DNA of 64,000 nt from NCBI GenBank assembly GCA_040007895.1, contig JBDTUE010000001.1, positions 888 to 64,887 on the forward strand, in the 5' to 3' direction. The notes beneath the pieces are model-generated. The model was not told the DNA's origin. It did not search any database and saw only the letters and a list, made by a program, of their open reading frames with translations. A program made the translations under genes and the position numbers. Shown here in pieces: positions 29,495 through 38,952 of the stretch. Positions within the stretch are counted from its first letter, which is position 1. Every line of letters starts with the position of its first letter. Origin of the DNA: Saprospiraceae bacterium. GTDB lineage: Bacteria; Bacteroidota; Bacteroidia; Chitinophagales; Saprospiraceae.

Positions 29495-29959
29495 ATGCGC
29501 ATAGCCATATTTCCCGGATCTTTTGATCCTATTACGATTGGACATATTGATATTATTTATAAAGCATTGCCATTATTCGATAAATTTATCATTGCCATTG
29601 GAACGAATACTCAAAAAAAATCTTTATTTAGCCTGGAACAGCGGGAACAGTGGATTCGAGAAGAGTTTAAAAATGAAATGAAAATATCTGTTGACCATTT
29701 TGATGGGCTTACCGCTGAATATGCAAGTAAAATTTCGGCGCATTACCTGGTACGGGGACTAAGGAACGGAAGCGATTTTGATTATGAAAAAACAATATCT
29801 CAAGTCAACAAGGTTCTCAATAAAAACCTTGAAACTATATTTTTTATCAGCAGCCCCGAAGTAGCTCATATAAGCAGTACCATAGTGAGAGAGATTATTA
29901 TCGGTGGTGGTGATGCAAGTCCTTTTATTCCCCAAGCAGTTAAATTAAATCGACCCTGA
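29495..29959 (+). CDS. coaD: Phosphopantetheine adenylyltransferase
   Basis: IAIFPGSFDPITIGHIDII and ISSTIVREI motifs, 154 aa. Confidence 0.95.
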   Translation: MRIAIFPGSFDPITIGHIDIIYKALPLFDKFIIAIGTNTQKKSLFSLEQREQWIREEFKNEMKISVDHFDGLTAEYASKISAHYLVRGLRNGSDFDYEKTISQVNKVLNKNLETIFFISSPEVAHISSTIVREIIIGGGDASPFIPQAVKLNRP

Positions 29960-29962
29960 ACC

Positions 29963-31585
29963 ATGAGAGGTAACTATTTAATTCCAACCATAACTAATGA
30001 ACCTGTATTATCCTACAAGCCAGGATCGCAGGAGAGAATGGATGTAAAAGCTGCCCTGGAAAAAGCGAAAGCTACTTCGGTGGAGATAAAAATGAATATA
30101 GGTGGTAACAAAATTGCTTATGGAAATCCTGTTCCCATGCATCCACCGCACGAACATCAGCATATACTTGGTTATCATAGTATGGGCACCCGTGCTCATG
30201 TCATTTCAGCGATCAATGCTGCCCGTAAAGCGAAATCATCCTGGGAAAATTTACCCTGGCATGATCGGGCAGCAATATTCCTCAAAGCAGCTGATCTGCT
30301 TTCTGGTCCATACAGACACAAAATGAATGCCGCAACTATGTTGTGCCAATCAAAAAATATCTATCAATCTGAAATAGATTCCGTCGCAGAATTGGCAGAT
30401 TTCTGGAGATTTAATGTCCGGTATATGACCGAGATCTATGAAGTACAACCGAGTAGTTCTCCCGGAGTCTGGAATCAATTGGAATACCGTGCCCTGGAAG
30501 GTTTTATCGTCGCTATTACACCTTTTAATTTTACGGCGATTGCAGGTAATTTGCCATCTGCCCCTGCATTATTAGGTAATACCGTGATTTGGAAACCTGC
30601 TGAATCACAAATTTATTCTGCGGCTGTGATCATGGAAATATTAGAAGCAGCAGGACTACCCGAAGGAGTCATCAATATGATTACAGTAGATGGACCTACG
30701 CTTGGAGAAGTAGCGTTCAATCATCGCGAGTTTGCCGGATTACATTTTACAGGTAGCACGGCTGTCTTCCAAAATCTTTGGAAATCGATTGGGAATAATA
30801 TTTCTAATTATGCCACATATCCAAGACTGGTAGGTGAGACAGGAGGCAAAGATTTTGTAATTGCACATCCTTCTGCAGATGCCAAAGCAGTCGCGGTCGC
30901 ATTATCACGAGCTGCTTATGAATTCCAGGGACAAAAATGTTCTGCAGCATCAAGAGCATATCTTCCTAAATCTTTATGGAAGCAAATTAGCAATAATCTT
31001 TTAGCAGATATTGCAAGTATGAAAATGGGTTCACCGGAAGACTTTGGCAATTTTATCAATGCAGTAATCGATGAAAGAGCATTTGATAAAATTACAGGGT
31101 ATATTAAAACTGCTAAAAGATCAAAACAAGCTTCTATTATTGCCGGCGGTAATTTTGATAAATCCATTGGTTATTTTATTGAACCTACAGTCATCCTTGC
31201 GAATCGACCCGATTATATCACGATGCGGGAAGAGATCTTTGGACCCGTACTTACTGTTTATGTATATGAAGACAATAAATTTGATGATGTTCTTAATCTG
31301 GTAGACAGCACATCACCCTATGCTCTGACCGGAGCGGTGTTTGCTCAGGATAAGAACGTGATAAAGCATACTGCACAACGACTCCAACATGCAGCAGGTA
31401 ATTTTTATATTAATGATAAATGTACCGGGGCCGTTGTAGATCAGCAACCATTTGGAGGGGGACGTAGCAGTGGTACCAATGATAAAGCTGGTTCAGTACT
31501 TAATCTTTATCGCTGGGTATCTGCAAGAACCATAAAAGAGAATTTTAATCCACCGCATGATTATCGGTACCCTTTTCTTGAATGA
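29963..31585 (+). CDS. pruA: L-glutamate gamma-semialdehyde (1-pyrroline-5-carboxylate) dehydrogenase
   Basis: 540-aa aldehyde dehydrogenase with VGETGGKDF, FEFQGQKCSAASR and EEIFGPV. Size and N-terminus fit the PruA type. Confidence 0.85.
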   Translation: MRGNYLIPTITNEPVLSYKPGSQERMDVKAALEKAKATSVEIKMNIGGNKIAYGNPVPMHPPHEHQHILGYHSMGTRAHVISAINAARKAKSSWENLPWHDRAAIFLKAADLLSGPYRHKMNAATMLCQSKNIYQSEIDSVAELADFWRFNVRYMTEIYEVQPSSSPGVWNQLEYRALEGFIVAITPFNFTAIAGNLPSAPALLGNTVIWKPAESQIYSAAVIMEILEAAGLPEGVINMITVDGPTLGEVAFNHREFAGLHFTGSTAVFQNLWKSIGNNISNYATYPRLVGETGGKDFVIAHPSADAKAVAVALSRAAYEFQGQKCSAASRAYLPKSLWKQISNNLLADIASMKMGSPEDFGNFINAVIDERAFDKITGYIKTAKRSKQASIIAGGNFDKSIGYFIEPTVILANRPDYITMREEIFGPVLTVYVYEDNKFDDVLNLVDSTSPYALTGAVFAQDKNVIKHTAQRLQHAAGNFYINDKCTGAVVDQQPFGGGRSSGTNDKAGSVLNLYRWVSARTIKENFNPPHDYRYPFLE

Positions 31586-31642
31586 GAAATTATTTGTTTT
31601 AAGAGACAAATGAATTGACTTGTTTTTTATGCATCTAAAATT

Positions 31643-32191
31643 ATGAAAATATATACCCGGACAGGTGATGATGGAAAGACTTCTTTATACGGAGGAACCC
31701 GTTTGCCAAAACATCACATTCGCATCGAAGCTTATGGAAGCGTAGATGAATTAAATGCATGGATAGGTCTTATAAGAGATGAGCTTTCACTTGGCGCACA
31801 ATATCATGCTTTAAAAGAAATACAGGATAGATTATTTACGATTGGTTCCAACCTGGCTTCAGATCCTGATCATGAAATGCCAACTCCGGATATCATAGCA
31901 ACAGATATAGAATTTTTAGAAAAAGGTATTGATGAAATGACAGCGCTTTTACCACCGTTGAAACATTTCGTTTTGCCCGGAGGTCATAGAAGAGTAAGTG
32001 AAGCTCATATTGCCAGAACGGTTTGCCGTAGAGCAGAACGAAGAGTGATTGCTCTCAGTTTAGAACAAAAGGTAGAGCCCTTAATCATCATTTTTATCAA
32101 TAGATTATCAGATTATTTATTTGTACTCAGCAGGTGGATTGCCAAAGAAGTGGATGCTGATGAAGTAAAATGGATTCCGCGAAAATCATGA
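31643..32191 (+). CDS. PduO-type ATP:cob(I)alamin adenosyltransferase
   Basis: MKIYTRTGDDGKTSL N-terminus and the FVLPGG...ARTVCRRAER core. Confidence 0.9.
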   Translation: MKIYTRTGDDGKTSLYGGTRLPKHHIRIEAYGSVDELNAWIGLIRDELSLGAQYHALKEIQDRLFTIGSNLASDPDHEMPTPDIIATDIEFLEKGIDEMTALLPPLKHFVLPGGHRRVSEAHIARTVCRRAERRVIALSLEQKVEPLIIIFINRLSDYLFVLSRWIAKEVDADEVKWIPRKS

Positions 32192-32994
32192 TGACAAACG
32201 GATTACTCCTCGACCTTGAAAAGAAAGATCTGGATATACTGAATGAATTCCAACCTATAGACTGGCCGGATATTACCGTTGCATTTTCATTTTATTATAA
32301 TTCCTGGTATTGCCAACCTATGAAATTGGTTTTAAATCATGAAATCATAGGTATAGGAAATATCATTTTATTACATGATACAGCGTGGTTATCTCAAATT
32401 ATAATCAAAGAGAGTTTTAGGAACCAGGGTTGGGGGAAATATATAACGGAAGGCCTTATCAACTTTTGCAGGCAAAAAGTAAAATCGATTTCTCTATTAG
32501 CTACACCCCTGGGATATCCGGTTTATGAAAAACTTGGATTCAAAACGCAGGGTATATATCATTTTTATAAAGGAAACTCTTTCAATGAACCGATTTCCAA
32601 TACTGAAATCAAGGAGTATGATACGATGTGCCATTGTGATATTTTAGATATGGATAAAGAAGTCTCGGGTGAAATCAGGGCGAGAATTCTACAAGATCAT
32701 TGGGCATCCTCCAAAGTAATTCTTAATCAAAACAAAGTGATCGCTTATTATCTTCCTGCTTTGGGAGAAGGGATGATTATCAGTAAGGATCCCGGATCAG
32801 GACTTGAATTAATAAAATTGCATTTAAATACCCGGGATAAAATTGTTTTTCCTATCGAAAATGAAATAGCAGCAGACTTTTTACTATCGCATGGTTTTAA
32901 TCAATATCGTCAGGCACATAGAATGGTAATTGGTCAACCTATAGAATACAAACCAACATGGATATACAGTAGGATAGGGGGAAATCTCGGCTAA
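32188..32994 (+). CDS. GNAT-family N-acetyltransferase (N-terminal GNAT domain plus a C-terminal extension)
   Basis: FRNQGWGKYI acetyl-CoA loop. The ATG at 32188 forms an ATGA overlap with the upstream stop codon. The track start at 32170 is also possible. Confidence 0.7.
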   Translation: MMTNGLLLDLEKKDLDILNEFQPIDWPDITVAFSFYYNSWYCQPMKLVLNHEIIGIGNIILLHDTAWLSQIIIKESFRNQGWGKYITEGLINFCRQKVKSISLLATPLGYPVYEKLGFKTQGIYHFYKGNSFNEPISNTEIKEYDTMCHCDILDMDKEVSGEIRARILQDHWASSKVILNQNKVIAYYLPALGEGMIISKDPGSGLELIKLHLNTRDKIVFPIENEIAADFLLSHGFNQYRQAHRMVIGQPIEYKPTWIYSRIGGNLG

Positions 32995-32995
32995 A

Positions 32996-33556
32996 TCAGG
33001 AAGGTTGAAGTACTTTCTTTCTTGAAATGGACCACTGATAAATTCCAAACAATACAGCTCCGAATATCAGGTCACCTGCCAATGTATTCCAGAAATAAGG
33101 AATAGCAAATTCATAACAAGCAGTCAATCCAGTTATGGTCTGAGGCCATTGTTTGCTGTGCAGCCAAACACCATAATTTGATATCAGGAAAAAGATTAAG
33201 GATGACAGTATACTTGCAATAAATATAGAACTGAATTTAATCTTTCGGATAACTACGTTACCTATTAAGACCATAAGTAAAAAACCGCCATAAACATAAA
33301 GATCACCCATCCAGGTCCAACCCTGATAGTATTCAGGAAACATATGTTTGTACATCCCGTTATTCAAAAACAAATCCGACAGCCACAAAATAATCAATGG
33401 CAGAACATACGATATCCACGTTGGACGAAGCAATGCTCCTGCAAACATAGCTGTGGCTCCGACAGCTGTAAAATTTGGCGCATGAGGAATCATTCTACTC
33501 AGAATACCTGCTACTAACAGGCCGAGGATAAGATTGGATGAAAATATTTTTTTCAC
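32996..33556 (-). CDS. Small polytopic membrane protein (resembles DUF6580 / ECF S-component-like putative transporters)
   Basis: 186 aa with about 6 hydrophobic helices. RMIPHAPNFTAVGATAMFAGA N-terminal motif. The family call is from memory only. Confidence 0.55.
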   Translation of the reverse strand: MKKIFSSNLILGLLVAGILSRMIPHAPNFTAVGATAMFAGALLRPTWISYVLPLIILWLSDLFLNNGMYKHMFPEYYQGWTWMGDLYVYGGFLLMVLIGNVVIRKIKFSSIFIASILSSLIFFLISNYGVWLHSKQWPQTITGLTACYEFAIPYFWNTLAGDLIFGAVLFGIYQWSISRKKVLQPS

Positions 33557-33627
33557 TTGAGGGATTGAATACTTTTTTGATAATATTTTATGTAAAATTA
33601 CTTAAAAATTGAATATTTCTGATTCTA

Positions 33628-34140
33628 ATGGATACGGACATTGAAAAAGCTACTCCGGATGATTTTGCTGAAATTCTGGAATTATACCACATTGCAACCT
33701 CGGTTCATAAGAAATTAGGTATTATTCAATGGGATGATGAATATCCATCTGGTGAAACGCTGAAAGAAAACCTGGAAAGTGAAGTGACCTGGGTTATTAA
33801 GGTAGGTGACAAAATAATAGCCACCGTTACACTGGACGAAGATCAGGATCCGCAGTATAAGGATATTCAGTGGGCATATCCTTCTTCTAACGTATTGGTA
33901 GTACACCGGGTCTGTATTGATCCCTCATTTCAAGGAAGGGGATTGGCAAAACGTTTGATGCTTTTTTCAGAAACATTTGCCCGTGAAAATAATTATGAGG
34001 TGATCCGGTTTGATGCATTTTTAGGTAATAATGCATCTCAGCGATTATATCGAAACATGGGTTATCATGAAGCGATAGGTTATTGTTATTATCATCCTGA
34101 CATGATTATGTGCAATTGTTTTGAAAAGAGAGTATACTGA
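33628..34140 (+). CDS. GNAT-family N-acetyltransferase
   Basis: 170 aa with VHRVCIDPSFQGRGLAKRLM (Q/RxxGxG/A motif). Confidence 0.8.
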   Translation: MDTDIEKATPDDFAEILELYHIATSVHKKLGIIQWDDEYPSGETLKENLESEVTWVIKVGDKIIATVTLDEDQDPQYKDIQWAYPSSNVLVVHRVCIDPSFQGRGLAKRLMLFSETFARENNYEVIRFDAFLGNNASQRLYRNMGYHEAIGYCYYHPDMIMCNCFEKRVY

Positions 34141-34233
34141 AGTTGTAAATCAATTCTTATACTTCAATGTCAATGAACAATCACTTCCTGTAAAGCACCT
34201 AAAAATTCCTCTTACAAGTGTATATTTGATCAT

Positions 34234-36081
34234 ATGAAGCATATATATTTATTCATTTTACTCTCAGGAATATTCCCATTTTTAACCGATGCTCAACCGG
34301 ATCGCTGGCAGCAACGGGTTGACTATAAAATGGACATTGATTTTAATGTTTCTAATCACCAGTTTACAGGAACACAAAAGCTAATTTATTTTAATAATTC
34401 ACCAGATACTTTAAAGCGATTGTTTTATCATCTTTATTTCAATACATTTCAACCTGGTAGTATCATGGATGTAAGGTCATTAAACTTACCTGATCCGGAT
34501 GGAAGGGTTCGTGACAGAATATCAAAACTCCAGGAAAATGAAATCGGGTATCAACATATCTTGTCATTGAAACAGGATGGTATCCCCCTTCAATACACCA
34601 TAGAGGGAACTATCCTTGAAGTCAGATTAAATAAGTGGATCAGACCGAAATCGAAAACTGTATTGGAAATGCAATTCCAGGCACAGGTACCTGTTCAAAT
34701 CAGGCGAAGTGGTCGAAACAATAAAGAAGGAATCGCATATAGTATGAGTCAATGGTATCCAAAACTATGTGAATATGATTATCAGGGATGGCATGCTAAT
34801 CCATATGTTGCAAGAGAATTTTATGGTGTTTGGGGTGACTTTGATGTCACGATTCATATGGATAAAAAGTATTTGATTGCTGCTGGCGGGTATATTCAAA
34901 ACCCTAATGAAGTAGGATATGGTTATGAAAAAACCGGTGCTAAATTGAAATTACCATCTGGTGAAAAACTGACATGGCATTTCAAAGCACCCAATGTGCA
35001 TGATTTTATGTGGGCTGCTGATCCGGAATATAAACATACCCGTCTGGTCAATGATGATGGAATAGAAATGAATTTCTTCTATCAGGAGAATGATAAAACA
35101 AAGGATACCTGGGCTCAACTGCCATCTATAATGAACCACGTATTTAAAATCGCAGACAAACATTTTGGCCAATATCCTTATTCTTATTTTGCTTTTGTTC
35201 AAGGAGGTGATGGAGGTATGGAATATCCGATGTCAACACTCATCATGGGAGAAGGTACTCTTACGGGTCTCGTAGGTGTGGCTACGCATGAAATGATGCA
35301 TAGTTGGTATCAGGGGGTAATCGGTACTAATGAAAGTCTTTATGCCTGGATGGATGAAGGATTTACGAGTTATGCTGAAGATAAAATACTTGCAGAACTT
35401 AATACTTCAGGATCCACGGAGGACTATGCTACCAATGCGTATACCAGTGCATATCAGTCATATCTTAAACTGGCTATGAGTGGGCGGGAAGAGCCATTGA
35501 GTACACATGCTGATCATTTTAATTCAAATTATGCTTATTCAGTTGCAGCCTATTCAAAAGGAGAGGTTTTTTTACATCAACTGGAATATATCATAGGAAA
35601 ACAAAATTTTGAGCAAGGCCTGTTGAATTATTTTAATACCTGGAAGTTTAAAGAACCTAATGTAAATGATCTGATCAGGGTATTTGAAAAAGCCAGTGGT
35701 TTGGAACTGGATTGGTATAAAGAATACTTTGTAAACGGTACCAAACAGATTGACTATTCTATTGATTCAGTATATGGTGATGCAACAAAATCATTCGTTC
35801 GACTTCGCAAGGTATCTCCATTCATCATGCCTATCGACCTTCTTGTCACTCAGGATGATGGAACAGAAACCATTGAATATATCCCTCTAGATCTGATGCG
35901 GGGAGAAAAAAAACAGGAATGGCCGGATAAAAAATTTAATCTACATCCTGACTGGACATGGGTTTATCCCACATATACCGTAGCCCTCAATATTCCTTTC
36001 TCTTATTTAAAAAGAATTGAAATAGATCCGTCGTTGAGATTAGCAGATATTCACAGGGAGAATGGAGTATGGGCAAGGTAA
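34234..36081 (+). CDS. M1-family zinc metallopeptidase (aminopeptidase N-like), secreted
   Basis: Signal peptide, a HEMMHSWY HExxH motif and WMDEGFTSY, which supplies the third zinc ligand glutamate. Confidence 0.85.
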   Translation: MKHIYLFILLSGIFPFLTDAQPDRWQQRVDYKMDIDFNVSNHQFTGTQKLIYFNNSPDTLKRLFYHLYFNTFQPGSIMDVRSLNLPDPDGRVRDRISKLQENEIGYQHILSLKQDGIPLQYTIEGTILEVRLNKWIRPKSKTVLEMQFQAQVPVQIRRSGRNNKEGIAYSMSQWYPKLCEYDYQGWHANPYVAREFYGVWGDFDVTIHMDKKYLIAAGGYIQNPNEVGYGYEKTGAKLKLPSGEKLTWHFKAPNVHDFMWAADPEYKHTRLVNDDGIEMNFFYQENDKTKDTWAQLPSIMNHVFKIADKHFGQYPYSYFAFVQGGDGGMEYPMSTLIMGEGTLTGLVGVATHEMMHSWYQGVIGTNESLYAWMDEGFTSYAEDKILAELNTSGSTEDYATNAYTSAYQSYLKLAMSGREEPLSTHADHFNSNYAYSVAAYSKGEVFLHQLEYIIGKQNFEQGLLNYFNTWKFKEPNVNDLIRVFEKASGLELDWYKEYFVNGTKQIDYSIDSVYGDATKSFVRLRKVSPFIMPIDLLVTQDDGTETIEYIPLDLMRGEKKQEWPDKKFNLHPDWTWVYPTYTVALNIPFSYLKRIEIDPSLRLADIHRENGVWAR

Positions 36082-36194
36082 CAGCGATCTCAGCACGATA
36101 AGATGATACTAATTTCACAAAGAGTTGAAATATCGTTCTGCATTATTTTATTAACTTGGATTAAAATTATTCGATTTTTTAAATTACAAGTTCA

Positions 36195-37061
36195 ATGAAA
36201 AGTCTTCCTTCCTTTAAATATTTCACAATATTCATTTGGTGTATTGCTACGGTCTATTCAGTAGCTCAGAATACAATCTACAGGGATAAGATATTTCAGG
36301 ATACGATATCGCCTGCTAATTTTTTAATTATCAATAGATGGACAAAGGACAAAGTCTTTTCGTATAAAAACTACCCTTATGTTTCAAAAGAAAGTAATGA
36401 AGGCTGGGCCCTTGAGGTCGTTGATGAATATAAATGGCTGGTGCGGTTTAAACACGAGGCTTCAGGCCTCTACATGAAATCCTACCTGGATTCAATGTAT
36501 CTCGGATCCCTGGATAAAAAAGCAGATGAGGCTCTGTGGAGAATTGAAAAATATAATGACTATTATCGAATAGCTCATGTACTATCAGGCCTCTACCTGA
36601 ATACGGAGACTAAAAAACTGAGTCTGAGTAAAACTTTGCCAGGATGGTTTTCAGGTCATTGGAGACTGGAACGCAAGGCTGTGTACTTCAATACAGCTGA
36701 GATTATAAATCGCTGGACGAATCATAAATTGCAGCTTTCGGAAATTTGGACCGGAGATTCCCTTGTAAACCTGGAGTACTGGGTGGTTGAAAACCTTTAT
36801 GATTTGAATGCCACAGTCCATCTGAAGCATCTGGCTACAGGAAAGTATTTGAAATCATTCCAGGATTCTCTATATGCCGGAAATTTAGACAAAGCACAAG
36901 CTGATGCACAATGGATCATTGAACGCTATGGTGATTATTACCGGATAAAACACGAACCCACCGGACATTATCTCAATACGGAAACTGGAAGGTTAAGCGT
37001 AAGTGATGCTGTACCAACCTGGTTTTCCAACCAATGGAAGTTTGAATTGAAAAAGAAATAG
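36195..37061 (+). CDS. Secreted hypothetical protein made of two ~125-aa tandem modules; possibly ricin-B / beta-trefoil-like
   Basis: Signal peptide. Module 1 (INRWTKDK...ALWRIEKYNDYYRIAHVLSGLYLNTETKKLSLS...GHWRLERK) is repeated as module 2 (INRWTNHK...AQWIIERYGDYYRIKHEPTGHYLNTETGRLSVS...NQWKFELKK). The recurring (Q/x)xW motifs suggest the trefoil fold. Confidence 0.6.
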   Translation: MKSLPSFKYFTIFIWCIATVYSVAQNTIYRDKIFQDTISPANFLIINRWTKDKVFSYKNYPYVSKESNEGWALEVVDEYKWLVRFKHEASGLYMKSYLDSMYLGSLDKKADEALWRIEKYNDYYRIAHVLSGLYLNTETKKLSLSKTLPGWFSGHWRLERKAVYFNTAEIINRWTNHKLQLSEIWTGDSLVNLEYWVVENLYDLNATVHLKHLATGKYLKSFQDSLYAGNLDKAQADAQWIIERYGDYYRIKHEPTGHYLNTETGRLSVSDAVPTWFSNQWKFELKKK

Positions 37062-37074
37062 AAACTAGTTTGTC

Positions 37075-37254
37075 CTATACATTCCTATACGTAGTACCTA
37101 TAGCCAGCAAAACAAATCCAATTAATAACATTTCATAATTGTATTGAGACAAGGTATCGATGTGCATATAGTGAGCCAGCATGCCTAGACCACCAATAAT
37201 GACAGCAAGAATCCACAACATCTTGTTGGGAGCACTGGGTAAGAATTTTGCCAT
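37075..37254 (-). CDS. Possible 59-aa two-helix membrane peptide (not in the ORF track)
   Basis: Manual translation gives MAKFLPSAPNKMLWILAVIIGGLGMLAHYMHIDTLSQYNYEMLLIGFVLLAIGTTYRNV*, from ATG at 37254 to TAG at 37075-37077. Two clear hydrophobic segments. No homology is claimed. Confidence 0.3.
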   Translation of the reverse strand: MAKFLPSAPNKMLWILAVIIGGLGMLAHYMHIDTLSQYNYEMLLIGFVLLAIGTTYRNV

Positions 37255-37544
37255 ATTTTTTTGTTATAATTTTAATTGAATAGAATGTCTGATTGAGGAT
37301 AATGTAGACATCATGCTTGGATAGGTGCCAAATATAATCAATTAATGTTTGAAAAGGAAAATTTCAAAAAAGAGAGCAATCAGGTAGGAGGGTTTCAATT
37401 TTTAGTCTATTGTGGTAAACTGCATTTAAAGTCTACCCATTTATAGAATAAGTGAATCATTTTTAATTGACATTGCATTGATATAATTAATTTAATCCGG
37501 GTTAAACGACCCACCGGTTTTCCGTATTGAAGAATTTATCAGGT

Positions 37545-37578
37545 ATAAAAAAGGGCTCCGTCTCTCTTACGGAAGCCC
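37545..37578 (-). terminator. Rho-independent terminator about 90 nt downstream of ilvC
   Basis: The minus strand reads GGGCTTCCGT-aagagag-ACGGAGCCC followed by TTTTTTAT, a 9-bp GC-rich stem with one bulge. Confidence 0.65.
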
Positions 37579-37669
37579 TTACCTAATCATACAAATCAGG
37601 GAAAATAAGTTCTTATAATTTAAATTAGTTTAAGTTTTTGCTTTAGTAAAAACATATACTAAAATTGGA

Positions 37670-38716
37670 TTATTGTTTTTCCGGTCTTAAGCTACGGACA
37701 ACTTTGCCTGCCTGCCACATTTCTGAGTTTCTGAGTTCCGCCAATTCAACTTCTAGTTTAGCTCTATAATCCGGTTGACTATTGCTGTCAATAGAACGTT
37801 GAGCTTCATCGCCACGCGCCACTGATGCATATAATTCTTTAAATACAGGTAGGGTAGCATCCCGGAATTTATTTTTCCAATCCAGAGCACCACGCTGAGC
37901 TGTTGTGCTACAGTTTGCATACATCCAATCCATTCCATTTTCTGCAACCAATGGCATAAGACTTTGGGTAAGCTCTTCTACTGATTCATTAAAAGCTTCT
38001 GAAGGTGAATGGCCATTGGCCCTGAGTACAGAATACTGTGCTTCGAAAATACCCTGGATAGCTCCCATCAATGTACCTCGCTCACCGGTAAGATCACTGA
38101 ATACTTCTTTTTGGAAATTAGTTTCAAATAAATATCCGGATCCAATACCGATACCCAATGCAACAACTCTTTCTTTAGCTTTACCAGTAGCGTCCTGGAA
38201 GATTGCGTAACTTGAATTCAATCCCCGACCTTGTAAAAACATTCGCCGAAGACTGGTTCCGGAGCCTTTAGGGGCTACTAATATCACGTCAATATCAGCA
38301 GGCGGGATTATACCTGTTCGTTCTTTGTAGGTGATACCAAAGCCGTGTGAGAAATATAAAGCTTTGCCTGGAGTTAATAAGGGTTTGATCAATGGCCATG
38401 CTGCAATTTGGGCCGCATCTGAAAGTAAATATTGGACTATCGTGCCCTTTGTAGCAGCCTCTTCAATGCTGAATAAAGAAACACCGGGAACAAAACCATC
38501 CCGGATCGCTTTGTCCCAGGTAGGAGAGTTCTGTCTTTGACCAACGATCACATTGAAGCCATTGTCTTTAAGATTTAATGCCTGACCAGGTCCCTGAACA
38601 CCATATCCAAGGATAGCTATTGTTTCATCTTTTAATACAGCACGAGCATGCTCGAGTGAAAATTCGTCGCGGGTGACTACATTCTCTTCCACACCGCCAA
38701 AGTTTAGTTTTGCCAT
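37670..38716 (-). CDS. ilvC: Ketol-acid reductoisomerase (class I)
   Basis: ILGYGVQGPGQALNLKDNG NADPH motif, 348 aa, typical IlvC core. Confidence 0.95.
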   Translation of the reverse strand: MAKLNFGGVEENVVTRDEFSLEHARAVLKDETIAILGYGVQGPGQALNLKDNGFNVIVGQRQNSPTWDKAIRDGFVPGVSLFSIEEAATKGTIVQYLLSDAAQIAAWPLIKPLLTPGKALYFSHGFGITYKERTGIIPPADIDVILVAPKGSGTSLRRMFLQGRGLNSSYAIFQDATGKAKERVVALGIGIGSGYLFETNFQKEVFSDLTGERGTLMGAIQGIFEAQYSVLRANGHSPSEAFNESVEELTQSLMPLVAENGMDWMYANCSTTAQRGALDWKNKFRDATLPVFKELYASVARGDEAQRSIDSNSQPDYRAKLEVELAELRNSEMWQAGKVVRSLRPEKQ

Positions 38717-38767
38717 TTAATAATTGATTTGTTATTTATGTAATTGGAAATTATTTATTCTTCAAGT

Positions 38768-38947
38768 TATTTCGGATTTCAGATTTCGGTCTAATTCGTC
38801 AATCGTCAAGCTATTTCGGATATCGGATTTCGGATTTCGTTTTAATTTGTCAATTGTCAATCGTCAATCGTCAATCGTCCCACTATTTCGGATTTCGGAT
38901 CTCGGATTTCGGTCTAATTCGTCATTCTTAATTCGTAATTCGTCATT
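38768..38947. repeat. Composite tandem array of three higher-order units (38768-38810, 38811-38882, 38883-38947). Each unit is (ATTTCGG)n, then a TCTAATT-like junction, then (CGTCAAT / CGTAATT)n
   Basis: Read directly. Units 1 and 3 share the identical 19-nt junction ATTTCGGTCTAATTCGTCA. The array fills most of the 236-bp ilvN-ilvC spacer. Confidence 0.9.
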
Positions 38948-38952
38948 TGATC

